From a virus (Duplodnaviria > Caudoviricetes), in IMG/VR virus record IMGVR_UViG_3300015370_000007, positions 1 through 36,167 of that record: a DNA stretch of 36,167 nucleotides; one strand, 5' to 3'. The notes under the pieces were generated by a model, which did no database searches, had not been told where the DNA came from, and saw nothing but the letters and a program-made list of their open reading frames with translations. Within the stretch, counting starts at the first letter, position 1. Each line of letters starts with the position of its first letter. Of the stretch, positions 25,629 to 34,502 are shown piece by piece. Made by a program: the position numbers and the translations under genes.

Positions 25629-26557
25629 CAGTCGACACCCTCGATGTCGTCACCCGAGTCAACCTGGTCGGACGCTTCGGAAGAAACGGACGAGTCAATG
25701 GAGCTGTCGTCCTCCGGATCGTCGCCAGGTTGACCCCGGGTGAGCCCTTCGGAACCTGCCCCCTCTTTCAGCTTGGCAAGTTCCTTGAAACATTTTTCCT
25801 TGATGGTCTTGACCCCGGCTTTGTTGTAATCAGCCTCGGCCGCTTCAAACGCCGCGATCGCATCCTCCAGGCGGTCGGACTCCGATTCGTACTCATCGAA
25901 ATCAAGGACTATCTTACCCTGGAGTTTATGAAACCTGGATTTTAGTTGACTGGGAATCCGGGACTGGTCCAGCCGGTCATACAATTGATCAAAAAAGGGT
26001 CGCGGGGTGCTGTGTTTATACATCTCGGTAATCGTCCATTCCTTGATCATGTCGTATAAAAAGACGGGCAGGGAGGAATCGAAAACGTCGGGGGTCGCCT
26101 GGTCCCGCTTGATCGCCAGCAGGGTCGTCTCGATAAACTCCGAAACATAGTCCCCCTGGTCGCAATAGGTACAGTCCCCCAGATAGATACAGTACCAGGA
26201 GACAATCGGGTTTTTCCAGGTTGCCGCAGAGGCCAGGTAGTTCTGGACGTACTCCCTGAAAGACTCGACGAATTCCTGTTTGATGCCGTTTTTCTTGTCG
26301 TTGTCCATCGTCTGCTTGATGGTCCGCCGGTAGTCGTCCAACTGCTCGACCCGCTTGCGCAGGTCCTTGGCGTAAACCAGCTTGTTGCTGAACGTCAGCG
26401 TCCAGTCCGGTTTGTCCGGAGTCTTATGGACCGGCTGTCCCAGTATCCGGGCTTTCCGTTCCAGGGCCAGGCTGCGACCCGGCGGCAGCGGAACGCTTTT
26501 CGGGCGGTGCCCTTCCAGCATCCGCTGTTTATTCTCTAACGCGAGGCTTCGTCCCAT
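25628..26557 (-). CDS. Terminase endonuclease/small subunit (gpM-like)
   Basis: NPIVSWYCIYLGD, AI...Q.TP..F, KSRFHKLQG, KAGVKT; follows the capsid gene. Confidence 0.8.
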   Translation of the reverse strand: MGRSLALENKQRMLEGHRPKSVPLPPGRSLALERKARILGQPVHKTPDKPDWTLTFSNKLVYAKDLRKRVEQLDDYRRTIKQTMDNDKKNGIKQEFVESFREYVQNYLASAATWKNPIVSWYCIYLGDCTYCDQGDYVSEFIETTLLAIKRDQATPDVFDSSLPVFLYDMIKEWTITEMYKHSTPRPFFDQLYDRLDQSRIPSQLKSRFHKLQGKIVLDFDEYESESDRLEDAIAAFEAAEADYNKAGVKTIKEKCFKELAKLKEGAGSEGLTRGQPGDDPEDDSSIDSSVSSEASDQVDSGDDIEGVD

Positions 26558-26558
26558 G

Positions 26559-27737
26559 TTATGTCGTTCCTAAAAATTGGAGATAGTCCAGGTCCAGAAA
26601 CTTGATGTTTTCGGCGGCTGCGAACTGCTCCACGTTTTCGACTTCAAAGGTGCCGTTGATCGAGTTCCAGTCGACAATGCCCTTGTATTCGTTTTTATTC
26701 TCGATGGAACGTCTGTAGGATCCGGTCTGCCAGTACCAGGAGAGATTCTTAAAACTGGTGATTGCCAGCGTCGTGTCTGGTATGAACGGGATCATATGGG
26801 CTTTGTATCCGCCCAGGGACTTGGCCGCGATCTCGATCAGCAGTTTCTCGGAGGGCTCGGCCCCGCGCTCGGCGTACAGTTTGCTCCGGTCGCAGTTGAC
26901 GACCCAGCGGGACGTCATCACGACACACCCTTCGCGGTAATATTCCGGGATCAGTAGTTCCAGGTCGACCACCAGGGCGTCAAAATTGGGATAGTGGGGG
27001 CGCAGGTGCCAGTTTGCCGTCGGAGTCGCAATTGTCGGTTCGTCTGCGGCTGAGGTATGGTCCTTGATACAGATCCAATTATCCCCGTTCGAACAGGTGA
27101 CCGCGTCCCTGAATTTGTATGCGGTCTCATTAGCCCAGACCCCCTTTTCAACGATGTTTTCCAGTTTGCCGACCACAACGGAGCCCTGGTCGGTCAACCC
27201 CTCGGTCATGATGTTGGCCGGGTTGGCGGTCTTCATCTTGGCAATGAACCCCTTGTCCATTTCGGCCAGGGTCGTCGTGCCGGCAACATAGGACGTTCCC
27301 TGCCAGGCGACGATCTGGCGATCCTTGGCAATGCGGAACGACAGGTTTTTCCGGTACATTGCCTGATACTCCTTAAACCGGGCCATCTGGTCGAGACGGG
27401 TCCACTTGACCAGCAGGTCGTGTTCCCACTCCCTGAGATCAAACAGCTGCTCGGAGTCGTTATCCCCGGCCAGCGGCTTGCGGAGCGTACCAGCACCGAC
27501 GTCGACCACGGTACGTTTCGTGATGGTGTTTTGCAGGTCGGCCAGGATCTTTCCGGATCTCATTTCGGCGATCTCAAAGCTGTTGATTGCACCTAAAAAA
27601 TCGGATTGATCAACGACCAGGGACTCCAGGAATTCGTGATAGGTCGGGACAACCGAGAACTGAACAGCAGGGTTCTCGATGTTGTTTAACTTCGCAATAT
27701 GGTTAAACAGTTTGATGAATTTAGGATTTAAAGACAT
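26559..27737 (-). CDS. P2-family major capsid protein (gpN) with an inserted CBM-like domain
   Basis: FSVVPT..E.L....QSDFLGAIN, W..LDQ.A.F, IA.DR..VAWQG, Y.NFDALV.D, IPFIP, ITSFKNLSWYWQ.GS.RR. Confidence 0.93.
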   Translation of the reverse strand: MSLNPKFIKLFNHIAKLNNIENPAVQFSVVPTYHEFLESLVVDQSDFLGAINSFEIAEMRSGKILADLQNTITKRTVVDVGAGTLRKPLAGDNDSEQLFDLREWEHDLLVKWTRLDQMARFKEYQAMYRKNLSFRIAKDRQIVAWQGTSYVAGTTTLAEMDKGFIAKMKTANPANIMTEGLTDQGSVVVGKLENIVEKGVWANETAYKFRDAVTCSNGDNWICIKDHTSAADEPTIATPTANWHLRPHYPNFDALVVDLELLIPEYYREGCVVMTSRWVVNCDRSKLYAERGAEPSEKLLIEIAAKSLGGYKAHMIPFIPDTTLAITSFKNLSWYWQTGSYRRSIENKNEYKGIVDWNSINGTFEVENVEQFAAAENIKFLDLDYLQFLGTT

Positions 27738-28784
27738 TTACACCCCCTGTCCGTCGAGTTCCTGATTCTTGCCGTCGCCGGAGGAAAAGTTCGTGATCTC
27801 AGGGGTCGGTTTTCCCTTCGGATTGTTCGCGAACGCCTCCAGTTGTGCCAGCCGCCCCTGAATATCTGTATTTCCCGTTTTGATATCCGTCAGGGTCGAG
27901 AAAAGATCCGCGAGCGTCTGCCCGCCGTCCGGTTTGGCGGGTGCCGGTTGATCGGCTGCGGGCTGAGATGAAAAAACGGGCTTTGCAGGGTCCGCCGCCG
28001 GTGTTGCCGGCTTGTTCGTATCGGGCGAACCGGAGGCGGGAACCTGCGGATTCACTTTCTTTTCGGGGTCCGCCCCGAAATGTTTCGTTACAATTGCGGC
28101 CAGATTCCCGACGGTCGTCTGTAGTGCCTCGAATTGCTGCTTTTCTTCTGGTGTCATGGGGTCCCCTTCGCTGACGTCGACCTTTCCTTTTTTGGAAAAG
28201 CTGTTATTGAACATGAAAAAGAACTTTTTCAAACCGGCGACAACCCCCTGTTCAATCGCCTGGTCCGGAATGGCGATTCCCTCGGGGTCGTCTGAAAATG
28301 TAAAACCCTCAAACTCAGTCCAGGCAGAAACAAAACTGTTCTCCCGGGCGGCAAACTTCAACATCTCTGTGCCGACGCTGGCCGGCTCATCGGTAACCGA
28401 CAGGCCCCGCAGGTAATGTTGACCCTCTTTCGGCCAGTCATTTTTGAGCCAGACGGATGTAAACATCCCCTGACCCTCTCCATTGAGTTCGAGTAACCGT
28501 TTATTGGGCCGGATCTTGACCTCCAGGGCGACCCGCTCCCGAAACGTACCGGTTCGTGCCTGGGTGACCATGCCGAAGTTGCCCAGGTACGGGATATGCT
28601 CCCGGGTGATCACGGCCGTGTATAACTCCGGGTCGTAAGTCTTCGCCATTGATTTCGGCCAGTCGTCGACGACGGTGCGGCCGTCGATGGTCTCACCCGC
28701 AACAAAAACCCGGGTCCAGTCGGACTCCAGGCTTAACAGCTTATTGTTTTGTAGTTCCGTTTTAAACTCGGCTTTCATGTCCAT
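27738..28784 (-). CDS. Capsid scaffolding/protease (gpO-like)
   Basis: GETIDGR, MAKTYDPELYTA.I..EH, FTSV, YLRGLSVTDEPASVGTEMLKF. Confidence 0.93.
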   Translation of the reverse strand: MDMKAEFKTELQNNKLLSLESDWTRVFVAGETIDGRTVVDDWPKSMAKTYDPELYTAVITREHIPYLGNFGMVTQARTGTFRERVALEVKIRPNKRLLELNGEGQGMFTSVWLKNDWPKEGQHYLRGLSVTDEPASVGTEMLKFAARENSFVSAWTEFEGFTFSDDPEGIAIPDQAIEQGVVAGLKKFFFMFNNSFSKKGKVDVSEGDPMTPEEKQQFEALQTTVGNLAAIVTKHFGADPEKKVNPQVPASGSPDTNKPATPAADPAKPVFSSQPAADQPAPAKPDGGQTLADLFSTLTDIKTGNTDIQGRLAQLEAFANNPKGKPTPEITNFSSGDGKNQELDGQGV

Positions 28785-29020
28785 CTCGCAAAAATGGTTG
28801 AATAGTTAGCTTAAATTTACCCGAATCAAGCGTTCGTCTGTCAAATATAAAAAAAAATGGAAGTTATTAATTGCAATAAATAACAGTAAAAATTTTAAAA
28901 ATGTATAACAAAACAAAAACATAAACGATTAAAAAAAATGCACTCCTGTATTAATCGAATTAAGCGCAATTAATAACCGACTGAACTCTTTATTTATTTA
29001 AAAATTGTGCTATGGTTCGA
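28785..29020. promoter_or_regulatory. Divergent late promoter region with symmetric sites
   Basis: AT-rich gap between divergent O and P as in P2; GTTATTAATTGC (28863-28874) and its exact reverse complement (28966-28977). Confidence 0.55.
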
Positions 29021-30691
29021 AATAATGCCATAAAAAAATATCCATTCCAAAGGTCTCAAAACGTGACAAAAAACCCTATCAATACAGGCAGGCAGACAGT
29101 CGAGACGGCCCTGAAAAGGGTCGTCAAACAGATCGAAGCCAACGGGCTGAACAAGACCCTGGAGAAGGAATCCCAGTTTTATATGGGCCTGATTGCCCAG
29201 TATGAAGAAATTGACCGTAAAAACGCAGAGTCCGCCGCCAGGCTGGAAAGATCAACCAGCGGCGGAGGCAAGGGGAAAGCGGAGAAAGGGAAAAAGAAAA
29301 CCAAAAACAACGAGATCGGAAACGTCCAGTTTGACGACGAGGGGAACGTCGTCCTGGTCTATGACGACGGAACCGAGGAGTTCAAAGGCAAGCCGGAATT
29401 TTTTGAATACCAGGAGGAGTTCATCGATTGCGAAAAGCGGAACCAGTTCTGGAACAAAACCCGCCAGGGCGGGTTTTCCTGGGCCTACGGCTGGAAAATG
29501 CTGAAACGGGCCATACAGAAAGGACACAACCAGATCCTGATCTCCGCCTCGAAAAACCAGGCGTTTTCGGTTGCCGATTATGTCAAGGTGTTTGCCGAGC
29601 TGTATATGGACGTCAAGCTGAGCGGGACAGAAAACATTAAACTGGAAAAGGACGGCAAGATCCATGCAAAACTGATGTTCAGGGGAGCCAACGCGGCAAC
29701 CTCCGCCAGTTACAGCGGCGACCTGGGACTCGACGAGGTCCTCTGGATACCGAACTATGAAAAAGTGGAACGCCAGGCGAAGGGGATCGCCACCCACAAA
29801 CAGTTTATACGGGTCTATTTTTCGGCCCCCTCCTCCGTGACTCATCCCGCCTGGAAAAAGTTTGTCGGCCAGGACGCCAGGAAAGGCGACAAGGTCAGAA
29901 AGGACGACCCGACCAAAAAGGAGGACGGGCTCTTTCGGCGGACCGTGACCATTGTCGACGCGATCAAGGGGGGTCTGAACCTGGTCGACATCAAACAACT
30001 GGAGCAGGAAAACACAAAGGATGAGTTTAAACAGCTTTACATGTGCCAGCCGATCGACGACGAGGATTCCGTTTTCCCCTGGGAGGTTATCAAAAAGTGC
30101 ATGGTCGATTCGTCGGCCTGGGAGGAGGTCGGACACGATCCGGTCTGGGCCGGGTACGATCCCAGCCGCTCCCGGGACAATGCCGCCTTTGCCGCTGTGC
30201 AACCGCCCTATGGGAGCAACAAAAAATACAGGGTGCGGGATATCCGCAAATGGAACGGAATCAATTTTAGGACCCAGGCCGACGATATCGAATCCGAATA
30301 CCTGGACGTTTACAACATCCAGGAGCTGGGCATGGATGTCACCGGACCCGTCGGCCAGGGAGCGGAAAAAAGAATCAAGCCCCGGTTTCCAAAAGTGACC
30401 CCAATTTTTCATACCAATGAACGCCTGGTTGAACTGATCACCCGCATGAAAGACCTGATCGGAAACGGCCTGTTTGAATTCGATTCCAGCCTGATTGAGA
30501 TCGCAAACGCTTTCATGCGGATCAAGCAGACGGTGACCCAGTCCCGGGGGGTTGTGACCTACAAGACAGACCGCACAAAATCAGCGTCCGGCCGGGCCGA
30601 TCACGGCGATATCGCCTGGGCGATCATTTACGCCATCAGTTTTCATGAAGTCGTCGAGGTCGCCTCGTCGGTCTTTGCCTTCTCAGATTAA
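29012..30691 (+). CDS. Terminase ATPase / large subunit (gpP-like); start may be GTG 29063
   Basis: KTRQGGFSW Walker A, ISASKNQA, LDEVLWIP Walker B, nuclease GYDPSRSRD, MDVTG, HGDIAWA. Confidence 0.95.
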   Translation: MVRNNAIKKYPFQRSQNVTKNPINTGRQTVETALKRVVKQIEANGLNKTLEKESQFYMGLIAQYEEIDRKNAESAARLERSTSGGGKGKAEKGKKKTKNNEIGNVQFDDEGNVVLVYDDGTEEFKGKPEFFEYQEEFIDCEKRNQFWNKTRQGGFSWAYGWKMLKRAIQKGHNQILISASKNQAFSVADYVKVFAELYMDVKLSGTENIKLEKDGKIHAKLMFRGANAATSASYSGDLGLDEVLWIPNYEKVERQAKGIATHKQFIRVYFSAPSSVTHPAWKKFVGQDARKGDKVRKDDPTKKEDGLFRRTVTIVDAIKGGLNLVDIKQLEQENTKDEFKQLYMCQPIDDEDSVFPWEVIKKCMVDSSAWEEVGHDPVWAGYDPSRSRDNAAFAAVQPPYGSNKKYRVRDIRKWNGINFRTQADDIESEYLDVYNIQELGMDVTGPVGQGAEKRIKPRFPKVTPIFHTNERLVELITRMKDLIGNGLFEFDSSLIEIANAFMRIKQTVTQSRGVVTYKTDRTKSASGRADHGDIAWAIIYAISFHEVVEVASSVFAFSD

Positions 30692-30701
30692 GGGAGAAAC
30701 C

Positions 30702-31766
30702 ATGCAACAGGAAGCCCAGGCGGTCATTTATGACCCGCGAGGTAACATCCTTTCAACCGGTCACAGAACAGAAACCAGTTCAACCGTCGAGTTCAGTTTC
30801 GGAGATCCGGAGCCGATCGTCGGCAATATCACCGGATACCTGGAGACCTTTTTGGATCTCCGCCAGGAATACTACGAACCCCCGATCGATTTCAACGGGC
30901 TGTCCCGGGTGTGGAGACAGTCTCCCGTCATGGAATCGGCGATCTTCCTGCGACGCAATACCATCGTTAACGACTTTCTGCCCAATGCCCTGCTTAAACG
31001 GCAGCATATGGAGGCCCTGGTCCTCGATTACGAGATCAGCGGCAACGCCTTTTTAAGAAAAATCCTCGGCGGATTCGGAAAGGTTCTGGCTCTTGAACAC
31101 ATCAATTTCCGCGTTATGCGGAGAATGAGGGAAAAAAACCGGTATCTGATGCTGACCTCGGACGGCAGGAATATCAAGTTTGACGAGGACGAAATCATCC
31201 ATATCCGGGAATACGGCCCCGAATCCGATATTTACGGCCTGCCCGAACACATTGGAGCCCTCAATTCGGTCTGGCTGGACGAGGCCGCGACCCTCTTTCG
31301 GCGCAAGTATTACACAAACGGGGCGCACATGGGGTATGTGTTTTACCTGGAGGACCATACGATCAAAAAGGAGGAGGAGAAACTCCTCCAGCAGAAAATC
31401 CAGGATTCAAAGGGCGTCGGAAACTTCAGGACCATGTATTACAACAACAAGTCCCAGGGGAAAGCCAAGGACGGGAATCTAAAAATTATTCCGGTCGGGG
31501 ACCTGGGAACCAAGGACGAATATCAACGGGTCAAGTCCATCACCGAACAGGACGTTTTCCGGTCTAAACGGGTGTTTCCGCACGGAATGGGAGGCGTTCC
31601 GAAGGATGTCCAGGTCGGTGACGCTGAAAAAGCGTTTAAAATATTCCTGATGCTGGAAACAAACCCCAAAAAAAAGGATATCTCAGAAGCCATCAACCCT
31701 CATCTCCAGCCGCGAAACTATGTCCAATGGGGGGAACCGCCCATCCTGGAGGCGGCAGCCGGATAA
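30702..31766 (+). CDS. Portal protein (P2 gpQ/PBSX family); likely start 30702
   Basis: FSFGDPEP, YYEPPIDF.GL, IYGLPEHIGALNSVWLDEAATLFRRKYY.NGAHMG, SKGVGNFR; GGGAG RBS. Confidence 0.95.
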   Translation: MQQEAQAVIYDPRGNILSTGHRTETSSTVEFSFGDPEPIVGNITGYLETFLDLRQEYYEPPIDFNGLSRVWRQSPVMESAIFLRRNTIVNDFLPNALLKRQHMEALVLDYEISGNAFLRKILGGFGKVLALEHINFRVMRRMREKNRYLMLTSDGRNIKFDEDEIIHIREYGPESDIYGLPEHIGALNSVWLDEAATLFRRKYYTNGAHMGYVFYLEDHTIKKEEEKLLQQKIQDSKGVGNFRTMYYNNKSQGKAKDGNLKIIPVGDLGTKDEYQRVKSITEQDVFRSKRVFPHGMGGVPKDVQVGDAEKAFKIFLMLETNPKKKDISEAINPHLQPRNYVQWGEPPILEAAAG

Positions 31767-31777
31767 AAAAAAGGAAA

Positions 31778-31929
31778 TTCGCGACACTGGGAAAAGAATT
31801 TCGCGACAAATATTATTGATCAACAAAACAAAAGACAAGGCGACAAGCGATTGTAATTAAAAAAATAAACGGGTAAATACCGGATAAAAATTCCCACGTT
31901 CGCGACAGCCGGCCCGTAATTTTACGACA
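31778..31929 (+). repeat. TTCGCGACA direct repeats
   Basis: Exact copies at 31778, 31800 and 31899; degenerate copies near 31837 and at 31921. Confidence 0.6.
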
Positions 31930-31934
31930 AGCCA

Positions 31935-31963
31935 TTGACTTGAAAGATAATCCATACTATAAC
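31935..31963 (+). promoter_or_regulatory. Near-consensus sigma70 promoter
   Basis: TTGACT-17 bp-TATAAC. Confidence 0.75.
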
Positions 31964-31969
31964 CGAGGG

Positions 31970-32275
31970 CATGTGTGTTCAGCACACAAAACAACACCCT
32001 GGATCGTCCGGCTTGTGTGAGCGCGGAACAGCCCGCGCCGAAGCCTTGACCCGCCACACAGGCATATCCAAACACGGCCCGGGGGTGTGATGGCTAGCGC
32101 AGGTTGGTCGCCTGGCGTTATGGAGGCTGTTATCTCCGCCAAATCCCCCCGGGTTCTTTTTGCCCGGGGACAGCAGTCTGACGTTAGCCGTCCCACGAAA
32201 GCACTTGCAATGCTGGAAATTGTCTGGCATACATAAATTAACTGATTGTTAATAGCTCCTGGAGCAACAATCGTC
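31970..32275 (+). ncRNA. Putative large structured RNA / leader
   Basis: Nested helices with many G-U pairs (32011-19/32055-63, 32089-99/32182-92, 32124-37/32166-79) and a possible pseudoknot 32076-85/32146-55. Confidence 0.55.
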
Positions 32276-32289
32276 CTTTCATTTAGTAC

Positions 32290-32510
32290 GGTTTTTCGAA
32301 TTCTGAACCTAAGCAGAATTCTAAGGGTGACTCCAAAAACCAGCCGAGATGGACGAGAAGGCCCCAGGATTTCGTAATTCGGGACGGAGCCGGCCTAAAA
32401 ACCGGATGTCAGCCGTGTCGATAGGTGGCTAGTGCACCGTGCGAGATCCTGGGGTTTTCTTGTTTTCAGGCCCGGGGTCTCGCCGGTGATACTCTTGATT
32501 TGGGGTTATC
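32290..32510 (+). ncRNA. Structured leader / RNA switch B (parallel architecture to switch A)
   Basis: Three-way junction 32290-32341; 25-bp stem 32352-76/32440-64; alternative helix with 32471-88; SD-sequestering hairpin. Confidence 0.65.
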
Positions 32511-32822
32511 ATGATGGACGAGGATACGATCCGGGATCTGACCGCACAACAGACCCTCGAAATCTTCAAAAAGGAGTTCCGCCGCCAGGTGGATTCCAAT
32601 ATCCAGTCAGCAAACAGTAAACTCGCAGCCTTTAGAAAATACCGCAGAACCAAACACCTGTCCGAAGCCGCCCGCTTGTATGTGATCGCGGACATGATCG
32701 AGCCGATCGCGGCGAAGTTCACGCCGGCACACCTGCTGAAACTCAAAAAAGAACAGGAGGAAGAAATCAGCCAGGGGGACCCGGACAACCAGGACCCCCT
32801 CGACGAACTTAAAACACCCTGA
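32511..32822 (+). CDS. Small helical hypothetical protein
   Basis: First gene after leader B; GGGG SD inside a hairpin. Confidence 0.65.
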   Translation: MMDEDTIRDLTAQQTLEIFKKEFRRQVDSNIQSANSKLAAFRKYRRTKHLSEAARLYVIADMIEPIAAKFTPAHLLKLKKEQEEEISQGDPDNQDPLDELKTP

Positions 32823-32835
32823 AACCGGAGGAGTT

Positions 32836-33294
32836 ATGCACCCGTGCCCACGATGCCAGTCCCACAGCATACAGCTTTTTGTCATCGACGAATATGTCCG
32901 AATCCTGGAATGTACGGCCGAAGGCTGTTATTCGCGGTTTGTTGTTAACCTCAGCATCATCGACCAGGAACGGTCGGACCGCCTGCACAAGATACCGGCC
33001 CGGACCGCCGGCAAAAACAAGGCCGGCAGAAAACCGTTAAAACTCCTGCCCTGTCCCGTCTGCGGAAAAGACAAAACCAGAATCGTGCGCAATTACGAAG
33101 ACCCGTCCGGAACGACCCGCAAAGTCCAGTGTATCTCCTGCTTTACGATCTATAAAGTCTGGTCCCGCTTCGTTGAGTATATCGACAACGGCCCGGGATA
33201 CATGAAAATCAAAAACCCGGGTACCTTTATCAGCTTGTTTTCCAAAAACACAAAACAGGAACTGTTACAGGCCCTGATCAAGGAAATCGCTTGA
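32836..33294 (+). CDS. Tandem Ogr/Delta-like zinc-finger late activator
   Basis: CPRC...ECTAEGCYSRFV and CPVCG...QCISCFTIY, two C4 fingers as in P4 Delta; GGAGGAG RBS. Confidence 0.7.
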   Translation: MHPCPRCQSHSIQLFVIDEYVRILECTAEGCYSRFVVNLSIIDQERSDRLHKIPARTAGKNKAGRKPLKLLPCPVCGKDKTRIVRNYEDPSGTTRKVQCISCFTIYKVWSRFVEYIDNGPGYMKIKNPGTFISLFSKNTKQELLQALIKEIA

Positions 33295-33349
33295 TACCAA
33301 AACAATAACGGGACACAACAAACCATAGACGATTTGGAGGTTTTTTATT

Positions 33350-34447
33350 ATGTTATCTATTGTTTATCAGAAAACAGAACAATCACTCTCATATGACGAC
33401 GACATGAAAAAGAAACTGGATAGTTACAAAATCGAGGAGTCCGAGCAAATGTCGATCTTCGAGGTGATCGAATCGGGCCAGTATTCGAACTCGGTTGATA
33501 TACTGGACCTGTTGCCCCGGTTCCTGAATAAAAACCCAAAAAGCCACGACGGCAGACTGGAGCCCATCCGGTATTATCCCACGGTTAAAATCGGCGGGGT
33601 TGATCTCCGGCTGGAGGTGACCATCACACCGGCCAGGATCGAAAACAGGGAGGGCAGGTTCGTCGACATGTTCCCGACCGCCCGGGAAAAAGTGGTCGAG
33701 CTGGGTATCCGGAAAATCGCTTTCAGCGGAGAGGGACGGCTGTTCAACGGCCAGGCAGGAACCCTGTTTACATTACGGCAGTTGCACCGGCTGCTGGAAG
33801 ATAACAATCGTGGATATGGCATGAAAGATATCAACGAAGCGATCGAGGTCCTGAGAAAAACAAGCATGGACATTAAATGCTTGAGCGACGATCTGTTTCC
33901 CCGGGTATCGGTCAATTACATCAGCGACAGCTATATCCAGACAAAACAGGCGTACCACGCCGGGGTGAACGATTCAAAATGCTTTGTGGTCTTCAACACC
34001 CTGGTGACAGACTCGGTTAACGCCAAGACCCTGCGGGCGTACAACTATAAACAGTTGTTCAGGTATAAAAACAACCTGGCGGATTATATCCATTTCAGGA
34101 TCACCCGTAACATGATCCACGCCAAATACAACGGCCGGGACAACCAGTTCCGGATCTCCCAGACGACCCTCCAGCGGGATTCGGCGTTTGAGGTTTACGC
34201 CAATTACCGGGACAACAAGCGCCAGGTGATCACCGCCCTGGACCGGATGCAGAAGGAGGGGGCAATCGATCGGCACTGGCACAAGGACGAAAAGGAGGGC
34301 CGGAAAATCGTCAATACCATGTATTTCATGGAGGTCTCCGAGCAGTTCTGCAATGAGATTATCGAGGCCAACATCAGGATCAACGACAAACGCACCTTTA
34401 CCGAACATATGGAGACGGCCAAAAAAAGAATTGATAAGGAGAAATAA
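33350..34447 (+). CDS. Plasmid-type replication initiator (Rep)
   Basis: YSNSVDILDLLPRF, ITPARI, FPTAREKVVE..IRKIA, FTLRQL..LL winged-helix pattern; immediately followed by iterons. Confidence 0.82.
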   Translation: MLSIVYQKTEQSLSYDDDMKKKLDSYKIEESEQMSIFEVIESGQYSNSVDILDLLPRFLNKNPKSHDGRLEPIRYYPTVKIGGVDLRLEVTITPARIENREGRFVDMFPTAREKVVELGIRKIAFSGEGRLFNGQAGTLFTLRQLHRLLEDNNRGYGMKDINEAIEVLRKTSMDIKCLSDDLFPRVSVNYISDSYIQTKQAYHAGVNDSKCFVVFNTLVTDSVNAKTLRAYNYKQLFRYKNNLADYIHFRITRNMIHAKYNGRDNQFRISQTTLQRDSAFEVYANYRDNKRQVITALDRMQKEGAIDRHWHKDEKEGRKIVNTMYFMEVSEQFCNEIIEANIRINDKRTFTEHMETAKKRIDKEK

Positions 34448-34502
34448 CCTGTGCAAAACCTGTTGAAAAGTACCCTTGAAACTGTGCAAAACTTAATTTA
34501 AC

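Noticed and set aside
29252-30412. 386-aa antisense ORF, and similar long antisense ORFs such as 17641-18621, 16811-17512 and 22920-23579
   Set aside because: They lie opposite well-supported genes in GC-rich DNA and have no recognisable motifs; treated as shadow ORFs.
32186-32204. P2-like cos ending in GAAAGCAC
   Set aside because: Only 8 nt match, in the opposite orientation relative to the portal gene, and it overlaps an RNA helix.
32408-32455. Group II intron domain V (AGCCGTGT...)
   Set aside because: It does not form the domain V hairpin, there is no intron-encoded protein, and it is better explained as part of switch B.
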